Source: Parcubacteria bacterium GBS-2 (GTDB lineage: Bacteria; Patescibacteriota; Minisyncoccia; Minisyncoccales; GBS-2). Taken from it: a stretch of 64,000 bases of DNA. Positions within the stretch are counted from its first letter, which is position 1, and each line of letters begins with the position of its first letter. Below the pieces are notes generated by a model. That model did not search any database. It saw only the letters and a list, made by a program, of their open reading frames with translations, and was not told the origin of the DNA. The translations under genes and the position numbers were made by a program. Positions 54,955 to 61,190 of this stretch are shown one piece after another. Location of the stretch: the NCBI GenBank assembly GCA_001443025.1, contig LEKP01000001.1:56-64055 (forward strand). Direction: 5' to 3'.

Positions 54955-56377
54955 TGCTGGGAAAACTAGTCTTTTGAATGCAATCAGAGAAATTGAATTT
55001 AAAGAAGAAAAACCAGGGGGAGAAATTACTCAACACCTTGGTGCCTTTGAAATCGAAAAAGATGGAAAGAAAATCACTTTTTTAGATACACCAGGCCATG
55101 AGGCATTTTCCCAAATGAGATCTAGAGGCGCGAAAGTTGCAGATATTGCTGTTTTGGTGGTAGATAGCGTCGAGGGAGTGAAGGAACAAACAAAAGAGGC
55201 AATAAAATGTGTAGAAGAAGCCAAAATTCCTTTAATTGTTGCTTTGCACAAAATTGACAAACCAACTGCAAACCCAGAAAAAGCAAAAAGAGAGTTGGCA
55301 AAAGAAGGCGTTTTGGTTGAATCTTATGGGGGGAAAGTACCAGAAGTTAAAACTTCAGCAAAGACTAAAGAGGGGATAAAGGATCTTTTGGATTTGATTT
55401 TACTATTATCTGAATTGGAAGGATTAAAAGCTGATATTTCAAAACCTGCAAAGGGAGTAATAGTAGAATCTTTTTTAGATCCAAAAAGGGGTCCTACTGC
55501 AACAGTGATTTTGGAAGAAGGAATCTTAAAAAGCGGAGATTTCATCGCGACACCAAGTACTTTCGGAAAAGTTAGAATTTTGGAAAATCCTCAAAAAAAG
55601 AAAGTTGAGAAAATTTTTCCAGGCCAAGCCGGAATCATTGTGGGATTTGAAGAAGTTCCGATAATTGGTGAGGAGTTTTTAGTTTTTGAAAATTTGGAAA
55701 AGGCCAGAGAATATGTAAAACCAATTGAGAAAAAAATTGAAACAATTGGAACAGGGGAGGGTCAAAAAATCTTAAACTTAATTTTGAAAACCGATGTCTT
55801 GGGCACGAAAGAAGCAATAGAGCAAGTTTTGAAGAATTTGAAATCAGAAAAAGTTGCTTTAAGAATTATAAAATCTCAGGTCGGTCAAATAGATGAAGAA
55901 GATGTGAAATTGGCAAAAACCGCAGGGGCTGCGATTTTGGGTTTTAGGGTAAAAACTGAAAAATCGGCGATGGAATTGTCATTAAGGCAAAAGGTTAGGA
56001 TTTTAACATTTCACCTAATATACGATTTAGTAGAGGGAGTGAGAAAGTTAATTTCGGAAATGGTAGAGCCTGAAATTATTAGAGTTGACGTGGGTAAAGT
56101 TAAAGTTTTAGTTGAATTTTGGAGAAAAGGAGAACGACAAATTATTGGAGGAAGGGTAATAGAAGGAGAGATCCAAAATGGATTATTTTTAGAAGTCGTT
56201 AGAGAGGGAGAAATAATCGGCGAGGGAAAAATTTTAAATTTACAAAAAGAAAAAAGAGATATTCAATTTGCAAAGAGAGGAGAAGAGATTGGAATTTTGT
56301 GCGGAGGGAAAGTAAGAATAAAAGAGGGAGATATTTTAAATGTTTTTAAAAAAGAAAAAAAGAAAGCTGAAATTTGA
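54902..56377 (+). CDS. infB: Translation initiation factor IF-2 (short form lacking the long N-terminal region)
   Basis: PVVVILGHIDAGKTSLL (G1), DTPGHEAF (G3), ALHKID (G4 variant), C-terminal beta-barrel domains. Confidence 0.9.
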   Translation: MEKEIPKQPVVVILGHIDAGKTSLLNAIREIEFKEEKPGGEITQHLGAFEIEKDGKKITFLDTPGHEAFSQMRSRGAKVADIAVLVVDSVEGVKEQTKEAIKCVEEAKIPLIVALHKIDKPTANPEKAKRELAKEGVLVESYGGKVPEVKTSAKTKEGIKDLLDLILLLSELEGLKADISKPAKGVIVESFLDPKRGPTATVILEEGILKSGDFIATPSTFGKVRILENPQKKKVEKIFPGQAGIIVGFEEVPIIGEEFLVFENLEKAREYVKPIEKKIETIGTGEGQKILNLILKTDVLGTKEAIEQVLKNLKSEKVALRIIKSQVGQIDEEDVKLAKTAGAAILGFRVKTEKSAMELSLRQKVRILTFHLIYDLVEGVRKLISEMVEPEIIRVDVGKVKVLVEFWRKGERQIIGGRVIEGEIQNGLFLEVVREGEIIGEGKILNLQKEKRDIQFAKRGEEIGILCGGKVRIKEGDILNVFKKEKKKAEI

Positions 56378-56721
56378 TGGAAAGAAGAATTGAGAAAATA
56401 AATAGCTTGGTTAAAGAAGAGCTTTCAAAGATTATTCAAAAGGAAATCGATTTTCCAAGAAATACCTTAGTTACAATTACTCGCGTAGAGACAAACAAAG
56501 ATCTTACCGAGTGCAAGGTTTTCTTTTCTTGTTATCCCGAAAGCAAATTTGATGAAGTTTTGGGAATTTTAGAGAAAGAAATTTATTTCATTCAGGGAAG
56601 ACTAAACCAAAAATTGTTTTTAAAGAAAGTTCCAATGATAAGGTTTAAAAAAGAAAAAAAGATTATTGAGGCAGCGAGAATTGAGGAAATTTTGGAGAGG
56701 TTGAAAAGAGAGAAAAAATGA
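56374..56721 (+). CDS. rbfA: Ribosome-binding factor A
   Basis: RIEKINSLVKEELSKIIQKEIDFPRNTLVTITRVETNKDLTECKVFFS. ATGA coupling to infB. Confidence 0.85.
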   Translation: MMERRIEKINSLVKEELSKIIQKEIDFPRNTLVTITRVETNKDLTECKVFFSCYPESKFDEVLGILEKEIYFIQGRLNQKLFLKKVPMIRFKKEKKIIEAARIEEILERLKREKK

Positions 56722-56736
56722 GGTATCATCAAAAAA

Positions 56737-56809
56737 GGCGCGGTAGCTAAGTGGCTAAAGCACCGGACTGCAAATCCGGGATACGTGGGTTCGATTCCCA
56801 CCCGCGCCT
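56737..56809 (+). tRNA. tRNA-Cys (anticodon GCA)
   Basis: GGCGCGG..CCGCGCC plus U73. Anticodon stem CCGGA/TCCGG, loop CTGCAAA. T-arm GTGGG-TTCGATT-CCCAC. Confidence 0.9.
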
Positions 56810-56816
56810 TAAATTT

Positions 56817-56904
56817 GCCGCGGTGGCGGAATTTGGCATACGCGAAGGGCTTAAAACCCTTTGGGGTGAATAACCCCTTGTGGGTTCAAATCCCACCCGC
56901 GGCA
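56817..56904 (+). tRNA. tRNA-Leu (anticodon UAA), long variable arm, no intron
   Basis: GCCGCGG..CCGCGGC plus A73. Anticodon stem AAGGG/CCCTT, loop CTTAAAA. Variable arm GGGGTGAATAACCCC. Confidence 0.9.
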
Positions 56905-56916
56905 CAGTATAGTTTT

Positions 56917-56964
56917 CTAGTTATCTGGTTATCTGGTTTTCTAGGGAGTTGGGTTTCTAGTCGG
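56917..56964 (+). repeat. Octamer array E, immediately 3' of tRNA-Leu
   Basis: CTAG/CTGG/TTGG at 56917, 56925, 56933, 56941, 56949, 56957 (8-bp phase). Overlaps the 3' end of the convergent gene 56957..57430. Confidence 0.8.
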
Positions 56965-57430
56965 GTAAGATCTCAACGTAGGTTTTTTTGGCACCAAATT
57001 TTAGGGCTTCAAAATAATTTTCAAACCAGACGTCGAACTGATAATTTCCCTTTCCCCAACTCATCCTATCTTCCACAACAAAAATTTTATCCCCGAAAAT
57101 CTCGGGGATTTTAATTTTAGTTCCAAAAGGAAGAAAGTTGTTTGCAACTATTCCATCTCTGACAGTTTTTCCGGAGGCAGTAATATGAGGATCTTCATCA
57201 GTTTCCCAAGGGGTGGAAGAGTAACCAGTAACTATTGCTAAAATTCTTATTGGTACTTTTTCTGGATTGTTGGGACTTGCTATACCAAAAAGTGAGTTTC
57301 CAAAGGATACAACAATTTTTTCAGGCTCCCTCTGTGAAAAATTAGAATTTTCAGCCTCCAGAGGAAACTCAAATGCAGTTCCTATTAAAACTAAAAAAGA
57401 AATCATCAAAATTTTTAGCCAAATTTTCAT
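56957..57430 (-). CDS. Secreted 3D-domain (MltA/RlpA-like double-psi beta-barrel) protein
   Basis: Signal peptide MKIWLKILMISFLVLIGTAFE. TGYSSTPWETDEDPHITASGKTVRDGIVANNFLPFGTKIKIPEIFGDKIFVVEDRM. Confidence 0.75.
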   Translation of the reverse strand: MKIWLKILMISFLVLIGTAFEFPLEAENSNFSQREPEKIVVSFGNSLFGIASPNNPEKVPIRILAIVTGYSSTPWETDEDPHITASGKTVRDGIVANNFLPFGTKIKIPEIFGDKIFVVEDRMSWGKGNYQFDVWFENYFEALKFGAKKTYVEILPD

Positions 57431-57474
57431 CCCTTTATCATAAAATTTTTTCCCTTAAATGTCAACAAAATGAA

Positions 57475-57538
57475 TTTACAGTAAGCGAGCGCTGGCACGA
57501 TAACACCAGGGAGCGGAGTCCCAGGGGAAGGGTGTCAA
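57475..57538 (-). ncRNA. Conserved tRNA-Gly 3' trailer element (copy 2)
   Basis: Aligns with 38301..38365 (shared core CACCAGGGAGCGGAG(C/T)CCCAGGGGA). The hairpin CTGGTGT-TATC-GTGCCAG needs three G-U pairs, possible only in the minus-strand RNA. Confidence 0.4.
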
Positions 57539-57610
57539 AGCGGGTGAGGGGAGTCGAACCCCCTTCTCAGCCTTGGCAAGGCTGCGTAATAACCGTTATA
57601 CTACACCCGC
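57539..57610 (-). tRNA. tRNA-Gly (anticodon GCC)
   Basis: GCGGGTG..CACCCGC plus U73. Anticodon stem CAGCC/GGCTG, loop TTGCCAA. T-loop TTCGACT. Confidence 0.9.
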
Positions 57611-57617
57611 AAATTTG

Positions 57618-57690
57618 TGCCGGGGGCCAGAATCGAACTGGCTCTTCATGTTTTTCAGACATGCGTGCGCACCAGCTACACTACCCCGGC
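57618..57690 (-). tRNA. tRNA-Phe (anticodon GAA)
   Basis: GCCGGGG..CCCCGGC plus A73. Anticodon stem CATGT/ACATG, loop CTGAAAA. T-arm GCCAG-TTCGATT-CTGGC. Confidence 0.9.
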
Positions 57691-57697
57691 TTTCCCT

Positions 57698-57908
57698 CAA
57701 TAGGGGGAACCGAGGTTCCCCCTCGATTGTCGCTCGTCATTTCGTAAAACGAAATCGACTCGCTGTCACCCCCTCCTAGTAGGTAGAATTTTCTCTTATT
57801 CTACGCGGGGCTTCGGCTCGCTTTCCATAGGGGAGACACCTTCGGTTTCTCCCCTCCATGGCGCTCAGCATTTTGCAAGCAAAATTGCTTCGCTGTCACC
57901 CCTCTTCC
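57698..57908 (-). ncRNA. Two tandem structured units (U1 57698-57776, U2 57825-57908) plus two linker hairpins in the tRNA-Ala/tRNA-Phe spacer
   Basis: Each unit has a bulged outer helix and 8-bp inner helix (hairpin A), then CGCTC, a bulged hairpin B, then TCGCTGTCACCCC. Helices differ between units by compensatory changes. Strand is assigned from the flanking tRNAs only. Confidence 0.45.
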
Positions 57909-57944
57909 TTTAATTCAATCACTCAATCACTTGATTTACTTTTT

Positions 57945-58018
57945 TGGTGGACCTGCGGGGATTTGAACCCCGAACTCGACCATGCCATAGTCGCGTGTTG
58001 CCATTACACCACAGGCCC
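57945..58018 (-). tRNA. tRNA-Ala (anticodon GGC), CCA encoded
   Basis: GGGCCTG..CAGGTCC with G3:U70, A73, CCA. Anticodon stem CGACT/GGTCG, loop ATGGCAT. T-arm GGGGT-TCAAATC-CCCGC region. Confidence 0.85.
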
Positions 58019-58315
58019 ATCTCGAAGTATTGTTTTTTTGATCACTTCGATAATTTGTTTTAGTTCTGTGACCACTTTGCTACAAAAATATTCAATTCTA
58101 CACACTCCATAATAATCTTTCTTTTTAGTAGACCTGTTGAAAGTTCGAGGATCTATTCGTGGTTTGTAGAATCTAGAAAGGGGGATTTGAGTGACCTGGG
58201 ACCAATATCTGTTTAAATAATCAGTATCTTGGTCGGCTCGGCATTGGACAACACAATGAAGCCTCCCCTCTTTTCTAAGTTGTATTACCTCTTCTTTTAG
58301 TGGTAATTTATTCAT
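58004..58315 (-). CDS. Internally deleted paralog of the HTH/LAGLIDADG-like ORF, embedded between two tRNAs; stop codon inside tRNA-Ala
   Basis: MNKLPLKEEVIQLRKEG parallels KALTKEEIKRIVFLRQRG. DYLNRYWSQVTQIP...YYGVCRIEY...IIEVIKK parallels EEVLNFWAKVIGIS...KYGMCRIRV...LADVIKE of ORF 53148..53822. The last 4 codons (GPVV) plus the stop are tRNA-Ala sequence. Confidence 0.4.
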   Translation of the reverse strand: MNKLPLKEEVIQLRKEGRLHCVVQCRADQDTDYLNRYWSQVTQIPLSRFYKPRIDPRTFNRSTKKKDYYGVCRIEYFCSKVVTELKQIIEVIKKTILRDGPVV

Positions 58316-58332
58316 TTAATTTGTTGTTTTTG

Positions 58333-58405
58333 TGCCCTCGGGAGGATTTGAACCTCCACTCTCGAGTTCCGCAAACTCGCGTTTTATCCATTAAACTACG
58401 AGGGC
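58333..58405 (-). tRNA. tRNA-Arg (anticodon GCG)
   Basis: GCCCTCG..CGAGGGC plus A73. Anticodon stem CGAGT/ACTCG, loop TTGCGGA. T-arm GGAGG-TTCAAAT-CCTCC. Confidence 0.85.
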
Positions 58406-58414
58406 ACACTATAT

Positions 58415-58442
58415 ATAATAACAAAAAAATATATTTCATCAA
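58415..58442 (-). promoter_or_regulatory. Candidate promoter of the minus-strand tRNA operon (Arg-ORF-Ala-units-Phe-Gly)
   Basis: Minus strand TTGATG (58442-58437), 16 bp, TATTAT (58420-58415), 9 nt to the tRNA-Arg 5' end. Confidence 0.45.
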
Positions 58443-58493
58443 TATGCCAAAATCCGAGCCTTTATTAAACCTAAAATTATACCTATTTTAACT

Positions 58494-58533
58494 TTTCTTA
58501 CATATTTTTGTCATGGCAAAATTATGTAAGAGA
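58494..58533. repeat. Palindromic element P4 (slightly diverged copy of P1-P3)
   Basis: TTTTCTTACATATTTTTGTCATGGCAAAATTATGTAAGAGA. Confidence 0.65.
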
Positions 58534-58592
58534 TTTTAAGTTAAGGGGCAAGGCTGACCGGCGAAAAGTCAGGTTCTTTAAGTTCAATTAAG

Positions 58593-58627
58593 TCTACTTA
58601 AAAAAAGCCATGGCAATGTTAAGTAGA
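58593..58627. repeat. Palindromic element P5: same GCCATGGC core, different but complementary outer arms
   Basis: TCTACTTAA-AAAAAGCCATGGCAATG-TTAAGTAGA, compared with TCTCTTACA...TGTAAGAGA in P1-P4. Confidence 0.55.
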
Positions 58628-58771
58628 ATATTTTAAGACGAAAAAATGAGATAAGTTTTTTAATAGCCTGAGTCAAAAATTTTTGGTCAAATTCAAAAAC
58701 TCCATCAAAATTTAAGTTACAAAATATCCATTGAGTTATTGTTCAAAAATGCATTCCGCTTACATAAACAC

Positions 58772-58800
58772 TTGAAAAGATACAACAATTAAGGTAATAT
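58772..58800 (+). promoter_or_regulatory. Candidate promoter of tRNA-Ser(GCU)
   Basis: TTGAAA (58772-58777), 17 bp, TAATAT (58795-58800), 11 nt to the tRNA 5' end. Confidence 0.45.
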
Positions 58801-58811
58801 AATTTATTTGA

Positions 58812-58900
58812 GGAGGAGTGCGGCGAATTTGGTAAGCCACCAGGTTGCTAACCTGTGCCGCCTAAAAAGCGGCTTGTGGGTTCGAATCCCACCTCCTCCG
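58812..58900 (+). tRNA. tRNA-Ser (anticodon GCU), long variable arm
   Basis: GGAGGAG..CTCCTCC plus G73. Anticodon stem CCAGG/CCTGT (one G-U pair), loop TTGCTAA. Variable arm GCCGCCTAAAAAGCGGC. T-arm GTGGG-TTCGAAT-CCCAC. Confidence 0.9.
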
Positions 58901-58903
58901 CTT

Positions 58904-59578
58904 TTATTGAAGTTTATCTTGGCCAGGCGAAGCCTTGGCGACAACAACTCCAATTATTTTCTTTGCTCCAGATTCTTTTAAAACCCTTGCAGCTTCTTCC
59001 ATCGTCGCTCCAGTTGTAAAAACATCATCAACTAATAAAATGTTTTTCCCAGAGATTTTCTCTTTATTTTTAACTAAAAACGCATTTTTTACATTTTCTT
59101 TTCTTTCTTCTTCAGAAAGTTCCACTTGATCTTTAGTTTCTTTTATTTTGATCAAACAATCCGAAATTAAAGGAATTTTTAAAAATTTACTCAGCTCTTT
59201 TGCAATTTCTTCTGCTTGATTGAATCCCCTCCATTTTAATTTTCTTTTACTCAAAGGAATTGGTACTAAAACAAAATCAAAAAAATTTGGTTTTTTATCA
59301 AGCAATAAAAAATGGGAAATTATCAACAAAGCTAAATCCTTTTTCAATTCTTTAATTAAGGGTGGATATTTGAAATTTTGGATTAATTTTTTTACCAAAA
59401 AATTTTCATAATTTACTGGAAAATAAAGATCATTTAAATTCTTTCCCTTAAATTTTTGATGAGTTGTTAAAACCTCTAAAATAGAAAAACAATCTTGGCA
59501 CAGAAAAACCCCTTCTTTTTTGCAACCCAGGCAAAACTTTGGGAAAACCAAATCTAAAATGAATTCTTTAATTTTCAT
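58904..59578 (-). CDS. comFC: ComF-family phosphoribosyltransferase-like protein (ComFC)
   Basis: N-terminal zinc-finger-like PKFCLGCKKEGVFLCQDC. PRT motif ILLVDDVFTTGATMEEA. Confidence 0.85.
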   Translation of the reverse strand: MKIKEFILDLVFPKFCLGCKKEGVFLCQDCFSILEVLTTHQKFKGKNLNDLYFPVNYENFLVKKLIQNFKYPPLIKELKKDLALLIISHFLLLDKKPNFFDFVLVPIPLSKRKLKWRGFNQAEEIAKELSKFLKIPLISDCLIKIKETKDQVELSEEERKENVKNAFLVKNKEKISGKNILLVDDVFTTGATMEEAARVLKESGAKKIIGVVVAKASPGQDKLQ

Positions 59579-59602
59579 TAGATTAATGGTAAAATAGAAT
59601 TA

Positions 59603-60670
59603 ATGAAAATTCCATCTCTTTTCCCAAAAAGTTCTGTTGGTATTGATATTGGGACTTCTGATATAAAAGTAGTTCAGCTATCTTTTTTTGCGGGAAGGAT
59701 AAAATTAGAAAACTATGGCCAGATTTCTTCAAAGGCATTGTATCAAAAACCTTTTAGAACCTTTGAAAAAAGTACTCTTTTGCTTTCCACCCAAGACATT
59801 GTTAGAGCCATAAAGGCAATTTTTGAAGAAGCGAAAATTAAGACAAAGACTGCTTACTTTTCAATTCCAGATTTTGCCACTTTTTTTACTACTTTCGAGC
59901 TCCCACCAATGACGAAAGAAGAAATTCCTTTTGCTGTTGAGGCAGAGGCAAGGAAGCATATTCCTCTTCCACTTTCAGAAGTCGCCTGGGATTGGCAATT
60001 GATTGGTAAAATACCTTTCATGGGTAAAGAAAGATTCAGAATTTTATTGGTCTCGGTGCCCAAAGAAGTAGTAAATCAGTATGAGTTAATTGCCAAATCT
60101 TTGGAGATAGAATCTTGTGCATTGGAGGCAGAAACCTTTTCTTTAGTTAGAGCCTTCTTTGAAAAAGATAAAATAATCTCTATAATTGATATTGGTGCGA
60201 GAACTACCTCTTGTAGTATAATAGAAGGGAAAATCTTGAAAATTTCAAGAAGTTTTGACTCATCGGAAGATAAATTCATCCAAGCTATTTCAAAAAGCCT
60301 AGGTGTGACTCCAAATTTAGCAGAAGAAATGAAAAAAAGGTATGGGTTGTTACCTACGGAAATTCCAGAAGGAAAAGAGGTAAGGAAAGTTTTGGTACCC
60401 CTAATTAATTCACTTTTGAGAGATATTGAGCAAACTTTTTTAAAGTTCAAGAACATTGAAGGAAAGGAAATAGAAAAAATAATTTTAGCTGGAGGGGGAG
60501 CGAATTTGCCGGGTTTGTTGCAATATTTTCAAAATTATTTTAAAAAAGAAGTGGAGATTGCAAACCCATTTAAAAGGATTTATTTTCCAGCAATTTTGGA
60601 AGAAACCTTAAAGGAAATGGGGCCCTCATTTTCAGTAGCAGTAGGTTTGGCCCAAAGAGCATTCGAATAA
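59603..60670 (+). CDS. pilM: Type IV pilus assembly protein PilM (copy 2)
   Basis: VGIDIGTSDIKVV, IIDIGARTTSC, ILAGGGANLPGL. TAAAAT (59590-59595) lies 7 nt before the ATG. Confidence 0.85.
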   Translation: MKIPSLFPKSSVGIDIGTSDIKVVQLSFFAGRIKLENYGQISSKALYQKPFRTFEKSTLLLSTQDIVRAIKAIFEEAKIKTKTAYFSIPDFATFFTTFELPPMTKEEIPFAVEAEARKHIPLPLSEVAWDWQLIGKIPFMGKERFRILLVSVPKEVVNQYELIAKSLEIESCALEAETFSLVRAFFEKDKIISIIDIGARTTSCSIIEGKILKISRSFDSSEDKFIQAISKSLGVTPNLAEEMKKRYGLLPTEIPEGKEVRKVLVPLINSLLRDIEQTFLKFKNIEGKEIEKIILAGGGANLPGLLQYFQNYFKKEVEIANPFKRIYFPAILEETLKEMGPSFSVAVGLAQRAFE

Positions 60671-60671
60671 A

Positions 60672-61190
60672 ATGGAGATAATTCCAAAACCAAAAAGGAA
60701 ATTACCCTCACCAGAAACAATTTTTCTTTATTTTTCAATTTTGATTTTTCTCTCTGCAATTTTTACTTCTTTTTATTTTTGGTTTGAAGAAAAATCAAAA
60801 AGGAAAGAAATTTCCCAGTTAGAAGAGAAAATTTTGGCTCTTAAAACCCCTGAAATAAGAAAAAAAGAAGAAGAGGTTTCAAAATACCAAGAAAAAATCT
60901 CTCATTTCTCAGAATTAATCAAAGACCGTCTTTCTTATTCAAAAATTTTTCCTTATCTAGAGCAAAAAACTCACAAGCAAATCTATTTTTCAAAGATGGA
61001 TTTGGACCTTGAAAGTTCAACCCTTCTTCTTTCAGGAGAATCTCCAAACTTTTTTGTTTTAGCTCAACAACTTGAAATTTTCAAAAACGATCCATTTTTG
61101 AAACTTCAACTCAAAGAATTAAGTTTGGGGAAAGAAGGAAAGGTCAATTTTAAACTTGAAATAAATTTTGATAAAAGCATTTTAAAATGA
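60672..61190 (+). CDS. pilN: PilN-like bitopic protein (copy 2)
   Basis: Single TM after a short N-terminus, coiled coil. Assigned by position. Confidence 0.55.
   Translation: MEIIPKPKRKLPSPETIFLYFSILIFLSAIFTSFYFWFEEKSKRKEISQLEEKILALKTPEIRKKEEEVSKYQEKISHFSELIKDRLSYSKIFPYLEQKTHKQIYFSKMDLDLESSTLLLSGESPNFFVLAQQLEIFKNDPFLKLQLKELSLGKEGKVNFKLEINFDKSILK

Noticed and set aside
54902-56377. IF-2 of only 491 aa as a truncation or pseudogene
   Set aside because: All G-domain motifs and the C-terminal domains are intact. The absence of the long N-terminal region is compatible with a functional short IF-2, so it is not treated as an anomaly.
56817-56904. Group I intron in tRNA-Leu(UAA), the classical bacterial intron host
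   Set aside because: The anticodon loop CTTAAAA is intact, and the gene length (88 nt) is explained by the type II variable arm.
57698-57908. Resemblance of the structured units (plus strand) to the 16S rRNA 3' end (TAGGGGGAACCGAGG ... GTCACCCCCTCCTAG versus GTAGGGGAACCTGCGG...GATCACCTCCTTA)
   Set aside because: The matches are short, interrupted by about 55 nt, and the pairing partners differ from helix 45. It is probably a coincidence of G/C-rich hairpin sequence. An anti-SD decoy idea cannot be supported from this sequence alone.
57776-57945. Small peptide ORFs on the minus strand starting at the conserved GTG of GGAGGGGGTGACAGCGA (9 and 32 codons)
   Set aside because: The AGGAGG-to-GTG spacing is only 2-3 nt, and the peptide sequences and lengths are not conserved between the two units. 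The nucleotide changes preserve helices rather than codons.
58915-58940. 11-nt identity (AGCCTTGGCGA) between the comFC-like gene's 3' coding end and minisatellite unit B
   Set aside because: It is a single short match inside an intact reading frame. Chance or codon-driven similarity cannot be excluded.
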